Virus record (IMG/VR): IMGVR_UViG_3300020724_000005
From: a virus
DNA length: 64,000 nucleotides
Direction: 5' to 3' (one strand)
Part shown: in pieces, positions 50,257 through 58,288 of the stretch
Layout: each line of letters starts with the position of its first letter
How positions within the stretch are numbered: position 1 is the first letter of the stretch
Made by a program: the position numbers and the translations under genes
Notes under the pieces: generated by a model
What the model was told of the DNA's origin: nothing
The model's database searches: none
Seen by the model: the letters and a program-made list of their open reading frames with translations, nothing else

Positions 50257-53200
50257 TTATTCTTTGATGTTTCTTTCATCTAAAAGCCCACCTGTTTCAC
50301 TTTGGTTCTCAAACAGGGACACCTTCTTGCCCGCAAACATCTTTGCCATGCTGTCTTTATTCTGAAGATACACCGCTTTAGTGCTTTCAAAGCTCAATGG
50401 TCCACCTTTATATTCTACCTTATCTTCTCCGCGTTCCATGCTAGATCCCATTCCTTTTCTGCCTATTGGATCTCTACCAAACGCACTTTTGTCAGTTCCG
50501 ATGATCGATTTGTACTTTTCAGGCCTTCCTGGCATCTTCACTGGCTCATTAGGATTTGTTTCGTTGTAGCCGTCTGGAACGTCTAAGGTAGGTTTTCCGC
50601 CGTACAGTCCTGCTATCTGGGAAGGAGTTCCGTATGCTGTGCCTGACTCTAGAGGATCGTTTCCTTCTGTCTCTATCTGATCGTATCTGAATTTGTTCTT
50701 TTGGTCTTCGATGATCATGTCTTGGAGCTCACCAAACGAATCAGGAGAAAGGTGGAATATGTTTTCCCAGATGTACTCTTTAGGAAGTATCGCTCCTTCA
50801 ACAGCTTGAGTTGCCAGATCGATCTTCTCTTTGAACATCGCTATCCTCTCCTGGTCGTATATGATGGACGGATTTGTCAGGCTCAGGGTGAAGTTTGCCA
50901 TGCCTTCGTCTGTGTATCCGTTTGCATATAGATGAACTAGAGCTATCTTCTTGAGCTCTGATACTATGATCCTCTGCAGTCTTTCTACAGTACGAGCAAA
51001 CCTGATGTCTTCTGCCGCGAGGGTAGCTTTACCTGTGAGGTCTTTTTCGTATCCCATGAACGCCTTTGGTATCTTCAACGCTGCGAATAGCTTTTCTCTA
51101 AAGTATATGACGTCTTCTATCGCATTGTACTCCAGGCCTTTCGCCGTATCTATCCTTGTAGACGTATCATTGCCTCTTACAGGAACTATGAAGTCTTCTA
51201 GTAGGTTCTGTTGGTTGTACTTTAGGTTGTATTGTCCTGTGTTAGGATCGATCAATGGAGTCTTCTTCATCTTGTTGATCATCCTCTGAACGTAGTTCTC
51301 TACCTCGTTTGGTGGTATCGCTCCAACGTTCGTGTAGAATATCCTTCTCTCTGGGGCACGAGTGATCCTATGGATCAACATGGCATCTTCTATGAGCGTA
51401 TACTGTTTAAACAGCTTTCTTGCTGGCTCTAGGTATGATCTGCCATAGGGAAGATAGTTGACGTCTCCAATGAGCCTGAAATGTGCCATCTCGTAGTTAT
51501 CAAACCACACTCCTGGGTCTTGGTTGTTGAAAGCCGAAGTGTATCCAGATGTTGCTGCCAATGCTGCGTTAGGATCAAACTTGAATCTCACCTCATTAGG
51601 GTTGTTCGGGTTGTATCCTTCCTGGCGCACTATGTTGTATGCTGAAAATGGAATTACATTATACACGCCAAATTTATCAGAGATCTCCATCTTTAAGTAG
51701 AAGTCCCCGTACTTGCACATGTTTCTTATCCAAGACCATAGATTGAACTCTATGTTGAGCACTGAGTAGAATAGGTTTTCTAAGATCTTCTGTATGTTTT
51801 CGTCTGAAGACCTTATAGTCAGTACTTGACCCTGTTCATTTTTGAGTGTACAATTGTGTGTATATATCTTAGACCCGTCTTTAGCCTCTATAGCAAATAT
51901 GTGATTGTCTCCTGCATTTACTATGTCATAAACATCTTCATATCCGCATTCTTCTATTGATACAACTTTATGATTAGATGATTTTGCAAAATCTTCTAAA
52001 GTTGAATATCCATTACCCAACACTATTCTTCTCAACTTATTGATAGTAATAGAATTACTATTACAAAAATCTGATACTAAAAATCTCTTTCCCTCTTTGT
52101 AAGTATTATTGCAATATGACCTAAATTTAATTATAGTATCAGTGCTATGGTTAGAAAGTATTTTATTTATTAGGGTTTTAGTATTATTACACTTATACAC
52201 AGCAAAGAGATCTCTAATTATTTTTCTCCACTCAAATGTTATAATATTAAGTTCTTTTTGTATATCTCCTAAAATATTTTTGTGGGGATCATTTTTTATT
52301 CTATCTATTATATATGCTAAGTTTATAGATTTTTTTCTAGTAGTTTGTGTATTATATCTACCATTTTTTTCTTTTGAAATTTTATATCCTTTTCCATACA
52401 TTCCATTTTTAGATCCACGGTGTCCATATACGATTTTTCTTTCTTCTGAACTCAAATTTTCCATGTAACTTTTCATGGAATCTGATTTCTTTTTCAAAAA
52501 AGACTGCTTATCTACATTTTCCCAAAAATGTTTTTGTCCTTCCATTAATTTTACGTAGTAATCATTTTTTTTGGGCGGATCTGAATTTATACTAACCCAA
52601 AGGTTTTTATTATATTCAGCATGAATTTTATTATGCTCATTCCATCCTACCCACTTTAGAAAATTAGGATTATTATTTCTTTTATCAAAAGAGTCATGGT
52701 GTACTACTGGTTTTTCTTTTGCTGGAATCTGATTCCTCTGTTCTTTTAAAAATGTAACCTGATTTGCTACTATCCTATGAGTATATTCGAATTTATCCCC
52801 ACTCCATATTTTTTCATATCCAGGCATGCTAGTTCCTTCTGATATTTTAGTAGAAAGAGCTAATATACTAGTACTAATTTTTATGTCACTAGTAGTTATT
52901 TGAGATCCACTGCTATCTATCCAAATATGATTAGATGTAGCTTTTACTTCAGTTCCATCATCGAAGGTTATTTTATATACCCTTTTCTTCCCATTATAGG
53001 CCACTTTTTCAGCTTTTACTGGACGGAATTCATTAGTTTTTTCATCTAAACCATATATCCATATGTCTTTTGCTCCTGAGTCGTGCAATTCTTTTATGGT
53101 CTTCTTAGTTCCATCTAAAAGAGGTATAACTGTATCTGCTCCAAGACATTCATCCGCTATAATATCCAATGCTGAAGCTATGATTGCATCTGTATCCATA

Positions 53201-53457
53201 GAATCATAATCAGCGTAGATCTGTACTCTCGCTGACTGATAGTTCATCGCCAGATTCAGGTTGACACCATACGCAGTAGAGGTGGTATAAACTTTGTGGA
53301 ACCTATCAATAAGAGAATTAGTCTGAATAACACCATTGGATTGGATATTATCTGTATCCATGACCGAAAGCATATTGCCCCCATCATTGCGGATAATAAC
53401 GTCCGTACTAAATAGTCTGCGGAGTGTAGAAAATAAATTCTGTTGTATTTCTGCCAT
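50257..53457 (-). CDS. portal protein (T4 gp20-like) interrupted by a 432-aa intein
   Basis: The extein parts YADYDSMDTDAIIASALDIIADE and CTLKNEQGQVLTIRS...LWSWIRNMCKYGDFYLK are gp20-like. The gene is adjacent to the terminase. Confidence 0.8.
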   Translation of the reverse strand: MAEIQQNLFSTLRRLFSTDVIIRNDGGNMLSVMDTDNIQSNGVIQTNSLIDRFHKVYTTSTAYGVNLNLAMNYQSARVQIYADYDSMDTDAIIASALDIIADECLGADTVIPLLDGTKKTIKELHDSGAKDIWIYGLDEKTNEFRPVKAEKVAYNGKKRVYKITFDDGTEVKATSNHIWIDSSGSQITTSDIKISTSILALSTKISEGTSMPGYEKIWSGDKFEYTHRIVANQVTFLKEQRNQIPAKEKPVVHHDSFDKRNNNPNFLKWVGWNEHNKIHAEYNKNLWVSINSDPPKKNDYYVKLMEGQKHFWENVDKQSFLKKKSDSMKSYMENLSSEERKIVYGHRGSKNGMYGKGYKISKEKNGRYNTQTTRKKSINLAYIIDRIKNDPHKNILGDIQKELNIITFEWRKIIRDLFAVYKCNNTKTLINKILSNHSTDTIIKFRSYCNNTYKEGKRFLVSDFCNSNSITINKLRRIVLGNGYSTLEDFAKSSNHKVVSIEECGYEDVYDIVNAGDNHIFAIEAKDGSKIYTHNCTLKNEQGQVLTIRSSDENIQKILENLFYSVLNIEFNLWSWIRNMCKYGDFYLKMEISDKFGVYNVIPFSAYNIVRQEGYNPNNPNEVRFKFDPNAALAATSGYTSAFNNQDPGVWFDNYEMAHFRLIGDVNYLPYGRSYLEPARKLFKQYTLIEDAMLIHRITRAPERRIFYTNVGAIPPNEVENYVQRMINKMKKTPLIDPNTGQYNLKYNQQNLLEDFIVPVRGNDTSTRIDTAKGLEYNAIEDVIYFREKLFAALKIPKAFMGYEKDLTGKATLAAEDIRFARTVERLQRIIVSELKKIALVHLYANGYTDEGMANFTLSLTNPSIIYDQERIAMFKEKIDLATQAVEGAILPKEYIWENIFHLSPDSFGELQDMIIEDQKNKFRYDQIETEGNDPLESGTAYGTPSQIAGLYGGKPTLDVPDGYNETNPNEPVKMPGRPEKYKSIIGTDKSAFGRDPIGRKGMGSSMERGEDKVEYKGGPLSFESTKAVYLQNKDSMAKMFAGKKVSLFENQSETGGLLDERNIKE
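51853..53148 (-). mobile_element. contiguous intein with an HNH endonuclease domain in the portal gene
   Basis: It starts CLGADTVIPLLDG (Cys codon 53146..53148), has block B ATSNHIW and an HNH region VVHHDSFDKRNNNPNFLKWVGWNEHNKIH, and ends VYDIVNAGDNHIFAI...IYTHN followed by C+1 (51850..51852). The core is AT-rich. Confidence 0.85.
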
Positions 53458-53467
53458 ATTTTATTTT

Positions 53468-54895
53468 TTATCCCAATAGCCAATTCAGATCCTCTATAGT
53501 ATTTCCATTTACTGTAGTGATCTCCATTTGATATGGATTATTATTTATAAAGTTATTTGTATTGTAAACTGGGGATTCTCCCATCTTCTTCATCCCGTCT
53601 AATGTAGCATATGTTAAACTCTCTGCCGTCCTTCTGAATCTTATAGAAGAGTCTCTCATATACATCGATATCGCAAAAGACATCACAAGGTCATCATTGT
53701 ATCCTTGCATTGCTTGTGGTTTTGAGTTCTTCCATATGAACACTCTCAATTCTTCTAAAAGCCTAAGTGATCTTATCTTTACTTGCTTTGTCTCTATGAA
53801 GTCTCTCATCCTCTCTATAATAAGAGGTCTTGATGCTGACGACATAGTGAATCCAGGAACTAATGAGTCTGTTGCTCCGTATCTTTCAAGCCTCTTCTCA
53901 TTGTCTAAACTAAAATCTGTCCTATGCGAGTAGTGTAGGTTACTGTAACCGCTCTCGATCAAAGTCTGAAGAACGTCCCAACCTATGTTTGCATTCTCCA
54001 CAGCGACCAAGGCATTGTTGTACTCGAAAGCCGCTGCCAGTATTGTCTTTGCAAACTCTCTGGTGTCGCACTGGGCTTGGTATTCTGCTACCTGGGTCAA
54101 TGTATCTACGTCTATGATGTGGAACGCGGAATAGTCAGCTCCGTCTCCTCTTGCTACGTCTGCACATAACAGATAGGTTTTTAGAGGGCTTGGGTACTCC
54201 CATATCCACATTGCCTTATCGAGTCCCCTTCTTTCGATAGGCTCTAAGACCATGTTTTCTTCATACCAACTTAGTATGTCTGGGATGATGACAGTATTAC
54301 CCGATGAACTAAAGTCACAATCACACTCTTGCGCAGCCATTCTAACTCCAAGGTCTTGATCTTGTCTATCTCTCCAAGGTTGACTTCTTTCTGGGTGTAC
54401 TGTCCAAGGAAGTGATACTGGTACAAAGCTGTTTTCTTTTTTCTGCGCTTTTATATATGTTTTGTGGAACCAATTACCTACGCCGTTTGGAGTCGATAAT
54501 GCTATACATTTACCACCGGTTGCCAAGGTTTGCTGAGCAGAACCAAAAAGATCCTCTGCATTATCTATGAAAGCGCAATTATGACTAACTACATCATTTG
54601 TATAATATTCGTTTTTATTCTTTACGTTTACTAAATCATAAACTTCGAATTCTTCTTCTATAATATCAATAGAAATAATAGAAATATTCCCAAATAGTAT
54701 ATCGCCTACTCTCAATAAACACGCTTCTAGAAACTCACCATTTGGAAATTTAAGACAATGCCCCTCTGTACACTTTATAAAAGAATTATTTGATAATTTT
54801 ATATGAAAAATGATATTAGTAATCTTTGATAAAATTCCATCAAAATCACTAAACCCGGTTGGAGTTAAAATTTCATATTTAGTATTTTTTATCAT
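53468..54895 (-). CDS. terL: large terminase C-terminal fragment preceded by a 106-aa split-intein C-fragment
   Basis: MIKNTKYEILTPTGF...CTEGHCLKF (block B)...EVYDLVNVKNKNEYYTNDVVSHN, then C+1 AFIDNAEDLF, which completes the gp17-like MDE|CAFI Walker B region. A nuclease domain follows. Confidence 0.85.
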   Translation of the reverse strand: MIKNTKYEILTPTGFSDFDGILSKITNIIFHIKLSNNSFIKCTEGHCLKFPNGEFLEACLLRVGDILFGNISIISIDIIEEEFEVYDLVNVKNKNEYYTNDVVSHNCAFIDNAEDLFGSAQQTLATGGKCIALSTPNGVGNWFHKTYIKAQKKENSFVPVSLPWTVHPERSQPWRDRQDQDLGVRMAAQECDCDFSSSGNTVIIPDILSWYEENMVLEPIERRGLDKAMWIWEYPSPLKTYLLCADVARGDGADYSAFHIIDVDTLTQVAEYQAQCDTREFAKTILAAAFEYNNALVAVENANIGWDVLQTLIESGYSNLHYSHRTDFSLDNEKRLERYGATDSLVPGFTMSSASRPLIIERMRDFIETKQVKIRSLRLLEELRVFIWKNSKPQAMQGYNDDLVMSFAISMYMRDSSIRFRRTAESLTYATLDGMKKMGESPVYNTNNFINNNPYQMEITTVNGNTIEDLNWLLG

Positions 54896-55599
54896 TTTAA
54901 AAATTGTCTCATCGATTTTAATAACTGGGGTTGTTCTTCATAATTAATCATATTCGCATTTTTCTTAAACCAACTATCTGAAATTATTACCATTTTATAA
55001 GAATTATCTTTACACCATGATAATGCGCTTTTAAATTTAATTATATTTTTAGGATCCGATTTTAATTTTGATGGTTTTATTTCATATAAAATTTTTTTGT
55101 CAAAATCAACGAAATCTACTATATAAGATGATACTTTATTTTGATATTCATATTGTATTCTTACTTTTTCGTAGTCTAGATGTTGATTTAATAGAAAAAA
55201 TACAGCTTCCCAATTACTTCTGAATTTTTTTATGTCATCTTTAATTTTAATATAGCTTTTCCAATTTGTCCAACTATTAGTTATGCATGGCGTAAATTTA
55301 CCTTCTTTTATAAGTCTCTTTAATCTTATTGAATTCTGTCTTCGTGCTTCTATTACTCTAGGACTACTCTTAATCTTTTCTTTATGTTCCTGTGTCGATA
55401 CAGTTTTTTTATTTGATTCTACTCTTTTTCTTTTTGTTTCTTCTGAATCTTTATGGTGATTATGTGAAGTCCAACATGGTTGAGTACAGTATTTTTTATT
55501 TTCTTTTTTTGTTAAATATCTCTTTCCACATCCGGAACATTCTTTTTCTATAGGTTCTTTCCAATTCCACGAGTGTTTTTTAATATTCTCTATAAACAT
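54892..55599 (-). CDS. homing endonuclease with an N-terminal zinc finger and a PD-(D/E)xK-like C-terminal domain
   Basis: CSGCGKRY...YCTQPCW; NUMOD3-like HKDSEETKRKRVES; C-terminus YIVDFVDFDKKILYEIKPSKL. It is very AT-rich, and its ATGA overlaps the IntC start. Confidence 0.65.
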   Translation of the reverse strand: MFIENIKKHSWNWKEPIEKECSGCGKRYLTKKENKKYCTQPCWTSHNHHKDSEETKRKRVESNKKTVSTQEHKEKIKSSPRVIEARRQNSIRLKRLIKEGKFTPCITNSWTNWKSYIKIKDDIKKFRSNWEAVFFLLNQHLDYEKVRIQYEYQNKVSSYIVDFVDFDKKILYEIKPSKLKSDPKNIIKFKSALSWCKDNSYKMVIISDSWFKKNANMINYEEQPQLLKSMRQFLK

Positions 55600-55610
55600 T
55601 TGCTTTTACT

Positions 55611-55618
55611 ATAAATAT
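55611..55618 (-). promoter_or_regulatory. GATATTTAT(A/T)A-type motif copy
   Basis: ATAAATATC, 11 nt upstream of the HEG ATG 55599. It overlaps the stop of the terL N fragment. Confidence 0.4.
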
Positions 55619-56217
55619 CAATAATGTCCAGATAATTTATTTTTTAATTCATTTATTGTTGTCTTTTCTATTTCGCCAGTATTTTTATTCTTAATTAATA
55701 TTTCAGTATCTCCAGTTACACATTCATCCATCACAAGAAGAGATACTGCTTCAGAACGAGCTGAGTCGCTTGCTCCTGACACTGCCTTTATCTGAGAACC
55801 GTTTGTGAGTCGTAAACTTAGCCTGTTGTCTTCAGTAGCTCCTATCTTCAACCAAGCTGGAAGGTTATCGTATGCAAATCGTACCTTTGTGACCATATTC
55901 TTGGCCGTCTCTTGCTTTGTTGCTATGACCAGTACGTTCTTATCTTTGTGGAATACCATGAGCCAGAGCGCATAAGCAGACACCAACGTTGATATCCCCA
56001 GCTGTCTTGACTTGTTTATTATTACATTTTGGTCTCCTGAAAAGACCTTTAGCATGGATTCTTGGAATGGGTATAGATCAAAGAGCATCCTGCCTCTTTG
56101 AGGGTGTTGGATCATGTAATACTTCTTCATGAAATATACCGGGTCTGTGGCGCATTTCACAAATTCTTCTCGTATCTTATCTTTGATAGTGGATTGCCTC
56201 GTAATCGGTTCGGGCAT
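55618..56217 (-). CDS. terL: large terminase N-terminal fragment (ATPase Walker A/B) fused to a 34-aa split-intein N-fragment
   Basis: KSRQLGISTL (Walker A) and LLVMDE (Walker B), followed by CVTGDTEILIKNK...SGHY and a stop. Confidence 0.85.
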   Translation of the reverse strand: MPEPITRQSTIKDKIREEFVKCATDPVYFMKKYYMIQHPQRGRMLFDLYPFQESMLKVFSGDQNVIINKSRQLGISTLVSAYALWLMVFHKDKNVLVIATKQETAKNMVTKVRFAYDNLPAWLKIGATEDNRLSLRLTNGSQIKAVSGASDSARSEAVSLLVMDECVTGDTEILIKNKNTGEIEKTTINELKNKLSGHY

Positions 56218-56230
56218 AAAACTTTTGTTT

Positions 56231-56238
56231 ATAAATAT
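56231..56238 (-). promoter_or_regulatory. motif copy
   Basis: ATAAATAT, 13 nt upstream of the terL ATG 56217. It is the left arm of the inverted repeat 56229..56265. Confidence 0.4.
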
Positions 56239-56321
56239 ATCGGATTTGACTGAGTATATTTATAAGTCTCCTGCATCAATATAATCTTCAATGTTGATTT
56301 TAAAAAGTCTATCTTTGCAGT

Positions 56322-56780
56322 TTAAGTAGTTTCTTCAGGAGTCTCTGGTTTTTCCTTTGGTTTTTCTTCTTTTTTTGTTGGAAGCTCTTCTGACCTTGGT
56401 CCTTCTTCGCTCTCTGGACCTTCAGACTTTGATTTTGCTCCATATCTCTGTATCCTATTGATCGCCATAGTAGCCCTTTGGATGTCTCCTATGTTCATCA
56501 GATAGTAGCGCTTGCCTTGCACACCTGCTTCGTACGCTTTTCCCATGAACGTCATAAAGAAGTACTGATTGTTTTTTAGCAGTATCTTGAAGGTGGTCGG
56601 CTTTCCAGATATTATGAATATTCCATCCAAGTATTCTTCAAAGTTATCTCCCATCAAAGTTATTAGGTTCTTGTTGAGCCTTTTATACTTTCTCAGGATG
56701 TAGCCCATAGGATCTGCATCAAACTCTGGATTTGTGTGATCTTCATGTACTTCTTTGAGTATGTCTATCAGTTTTATCAT
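56322..56780 (-). CDS. leader-bearing protein (MIKLIDILKE...)
   Basis: 152 aa with N-terminus MIKLIDILKE and a Glu/Pro/Lys-rich C-terminal tail. Confidence 0.6.
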   Translation of the reverse strand: MIKLIDILKEVHEDHTNPEFDADPMGYILRKYKRLNKNLITLMGDNFEEYLDGIFIISGKPTTFKILLKNNQYFFMTFMGKAYEAGVQGKRYYLMNIGDIQRATMAINRIQRYGAKSKSEGPESEEGPRSEELPTKKEEKPKEKPETPEETT

Positions 56781-57040
56781 TATTTTTCTATTTGTCTTAA
56801 TGCCACTATAAGATCGAGTATTTTATCAGAAATATAATCTTCATAATCTGAACTTACTTCTTTTCCCCTAAGATAATAATCTTTCGTATAATCATCTATC
56901 TCAATATCATAAAAATCTTTTAGATCATCTATGATATCTTTATCTAACTTTTTAGATATTCTTAATTTTACTATAATATCATCTAAAGATCTTATAAGAT
57001 TATCTATATCTTTATTACTTTCTAAAAGTTTATTTGACAT
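56780..57040 (-). CDS. hypothetical acidic protein
   Basis: 86-aa, AT-rich ORF whose stop is coupled to the next start. Confidence 0.45.
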   Translation of the reverse strand: MSNKLLESNKDIDNLIRSLDDIIVKLRISKKLDKDIIDDLKDFYDIEIDDYTKDYYLRGKEVSSDYEDYISDKILDLIVALRQIEK

Positions 57041-57407
57041 ACCCTCTATCTTTTAGTTTTGATATGATATTGTCTACCTTATTTGATATCTTTTTATAGT
57101 GAGATTTCATTATAGATTCATCAAAAGATTCATCTACTCTAGATATTGGTTCTATACTATACCCAAAATAATTTTCTTTATCCTCTGGATTATAATATCG
57201 AGTTCTAGTTGTAAAAATATAATCATCAACTCTAGGATCATAGTCTTCTACTCCACGTTCCTCCCATTCATTTGATTCAACCCAACTTTCTGCTTCGTCT
57301 TTTGAATCAAAAATTCTGCTTGTAGGGAATTCTTCATCTCCATAATCTGTAAATACTACTCTGTATTTTATTATACTCTCTTTGGGTATGTCTATGAGTT
57401 TTATCAT
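57030..57407 (-). CDS. leader-bearing protein (MIKLIDIPKE...)
   Basis: 125 aa with N-terminus MIKLIDIPKE. Confidence 0.6.
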   Translation of the reverse strand: MIKLIDIPKESIIKYRVVFTDYGDEEFPTSRIFDSKDEAESWVESNEWEERGVEDYDPRVDDYIFTTRTRYYNPEDKENYFGYSIEPISRVDESFDESIMKSHYKKISNKVDNIISKLKDRGYVK

Positions 57408-57418
57408 TGTAATTATGT

Positions 57419-58018
57419 TTAAGCAACTTCTGATGCATATTCTGCTACGCTATGCATGTAATCACTAGCAAGAGTTATATATGCTGCAACCCATCCAGGA
57501 AGCTCTGTTCCTGGTTCTACCATGCTGTAAAGCTTTGATGCGTTAGATATCAGATCTTTAAGTTCAGCTCTTGCCATAGTGGCTTGGTGTCCAGAATCAG
57601 GTTTCCCCCAAACATCTCCACACTGGGCGCATTTTCCATTTACCATTTCCTCTCCACAGTCTGTGCAAACCTCTTCTGCTATTGGGTGTGTTGATTTTAT
57701 TGCATTCATATCCTGATTGTCAAATGATGGCTGCTTAAAATATCTTCTTTTTTCATTTCCGTAGTATATCTCTGGAGTCTCTGCTGGATTTGGGGTAAAC
57801 TCCTTTAAATTCCTCATCTTTGGAATAAAATGATCTTTTATCCAGTCCTGAGTCTTTTGGCTAAGCTGTTTTCTTGGAAAGTCTCTCTTAAACAGATTTT
57901 GAAGATGTAATCCTCGCTTTTTTAACTCTTTTTCTACGTAATCAGGAACATCTACTTCCATTTTTTTAGGATTTAGTGCTTCTGCTAAAAGTTTTGTTAT
58001 GAGGCTCTTTTTTGTCAT
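57419..58018 (-). CDS. hypothetical Cys-rich protein
   Basis: I chose ATG 58018 (MTKKSLITKLLAE) rather than the track's GTG 58048. It has a CTDCGEEMVNGKCAQCG zinc-ribbon-like motif. Confidence 0.5.
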   Translation of the reverse strand: MTKKSLITKLLAEALNPKKMEVDVPDYVEKELKKRGLHLQNLFKRDFPRKQLSQKTQDWIKDHFIPKMRNLKEFTPNPAETPEIYYGNEKRRYFKQPSFDNQDMNAIKSTHPIAEEVCTDCGEEMVNGKCAQCGDVWGKPDSGHQATMARAELKDLISNASKLYSMVEPGTELPGWVAAYITLASDYMHSVAEYASEVA

Positions 58019-58037
58019 ATCTGCTGTTTTATATAGT

Positions 58038-58045
58038 ATAAATAT
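58038..58045 (-). promoter_or_regulatory. GATATTTAT(A/T)A-type motif copy
   Basis: ATAAATATC, 19 nt upstream of ATG 58018. Confidence 0.4.
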
Positions 58046-58284
58046 CACTTAGGTTCGAACCAATCACTACACCATTTTCTAGGATCTTTTATGTCCATCA
58101 CAGCGTTTCCGTTCCATGCCTCGTAGTATTGGTTTCCACAGATGTGTTGGTCATTCTCGTAGCTGTAGTACTTGCATACTGCGCAGCTAAAGCCATCAGG
58201 ACTGTACATGAAAGGTTCATGGTTTGTTGGGAGAGTTATGTCCCCTTTGATCTCTTCTTTAAGTAAGTCTGTAAGCTTTATCAT
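58045..58284 (-). CDS. leader-bearing small Cys-rich protein (MIKLTDLLKE...)
   Basis: 79 aa with N-terminus MIKLTDLLKEE. Confidence 0.6.
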   Translation of the reverse strand: MIKLTDLLKEEIKGDITLPTNHEPFMYSPDGFSCAVCKYYSYENDQHICGNQYYEAWNGNAVMDIKDPRKWCSDWFEPK

Positions 58285-58288
58285 ATTT

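Larger units (their letters stand above)
54578..55722 (-). mobile_element. atypically split intein plus embedded HEG that fractures terL
   Basis: IntN 55621..55722 (34 aa, CVTGDTEILIKNKNTGEIEKTTINELKNKLSGHY), HEG 54892..55599, IntC 54578..54895. The Cys1 codon 55720..55722 and the Cys+1 codon 54575..54577 were checked. Confidence 0.8.

Noticed and set aside
58052-58061. GGTTCGAACC, which resembles a tRNA T-arm.
   Set aside because: It is a 10-nt palindrome inside the coding sequence of 58045..58284, with no acceptor, D or anticodon arms around it. No tRNA was found elsewhere in the window.
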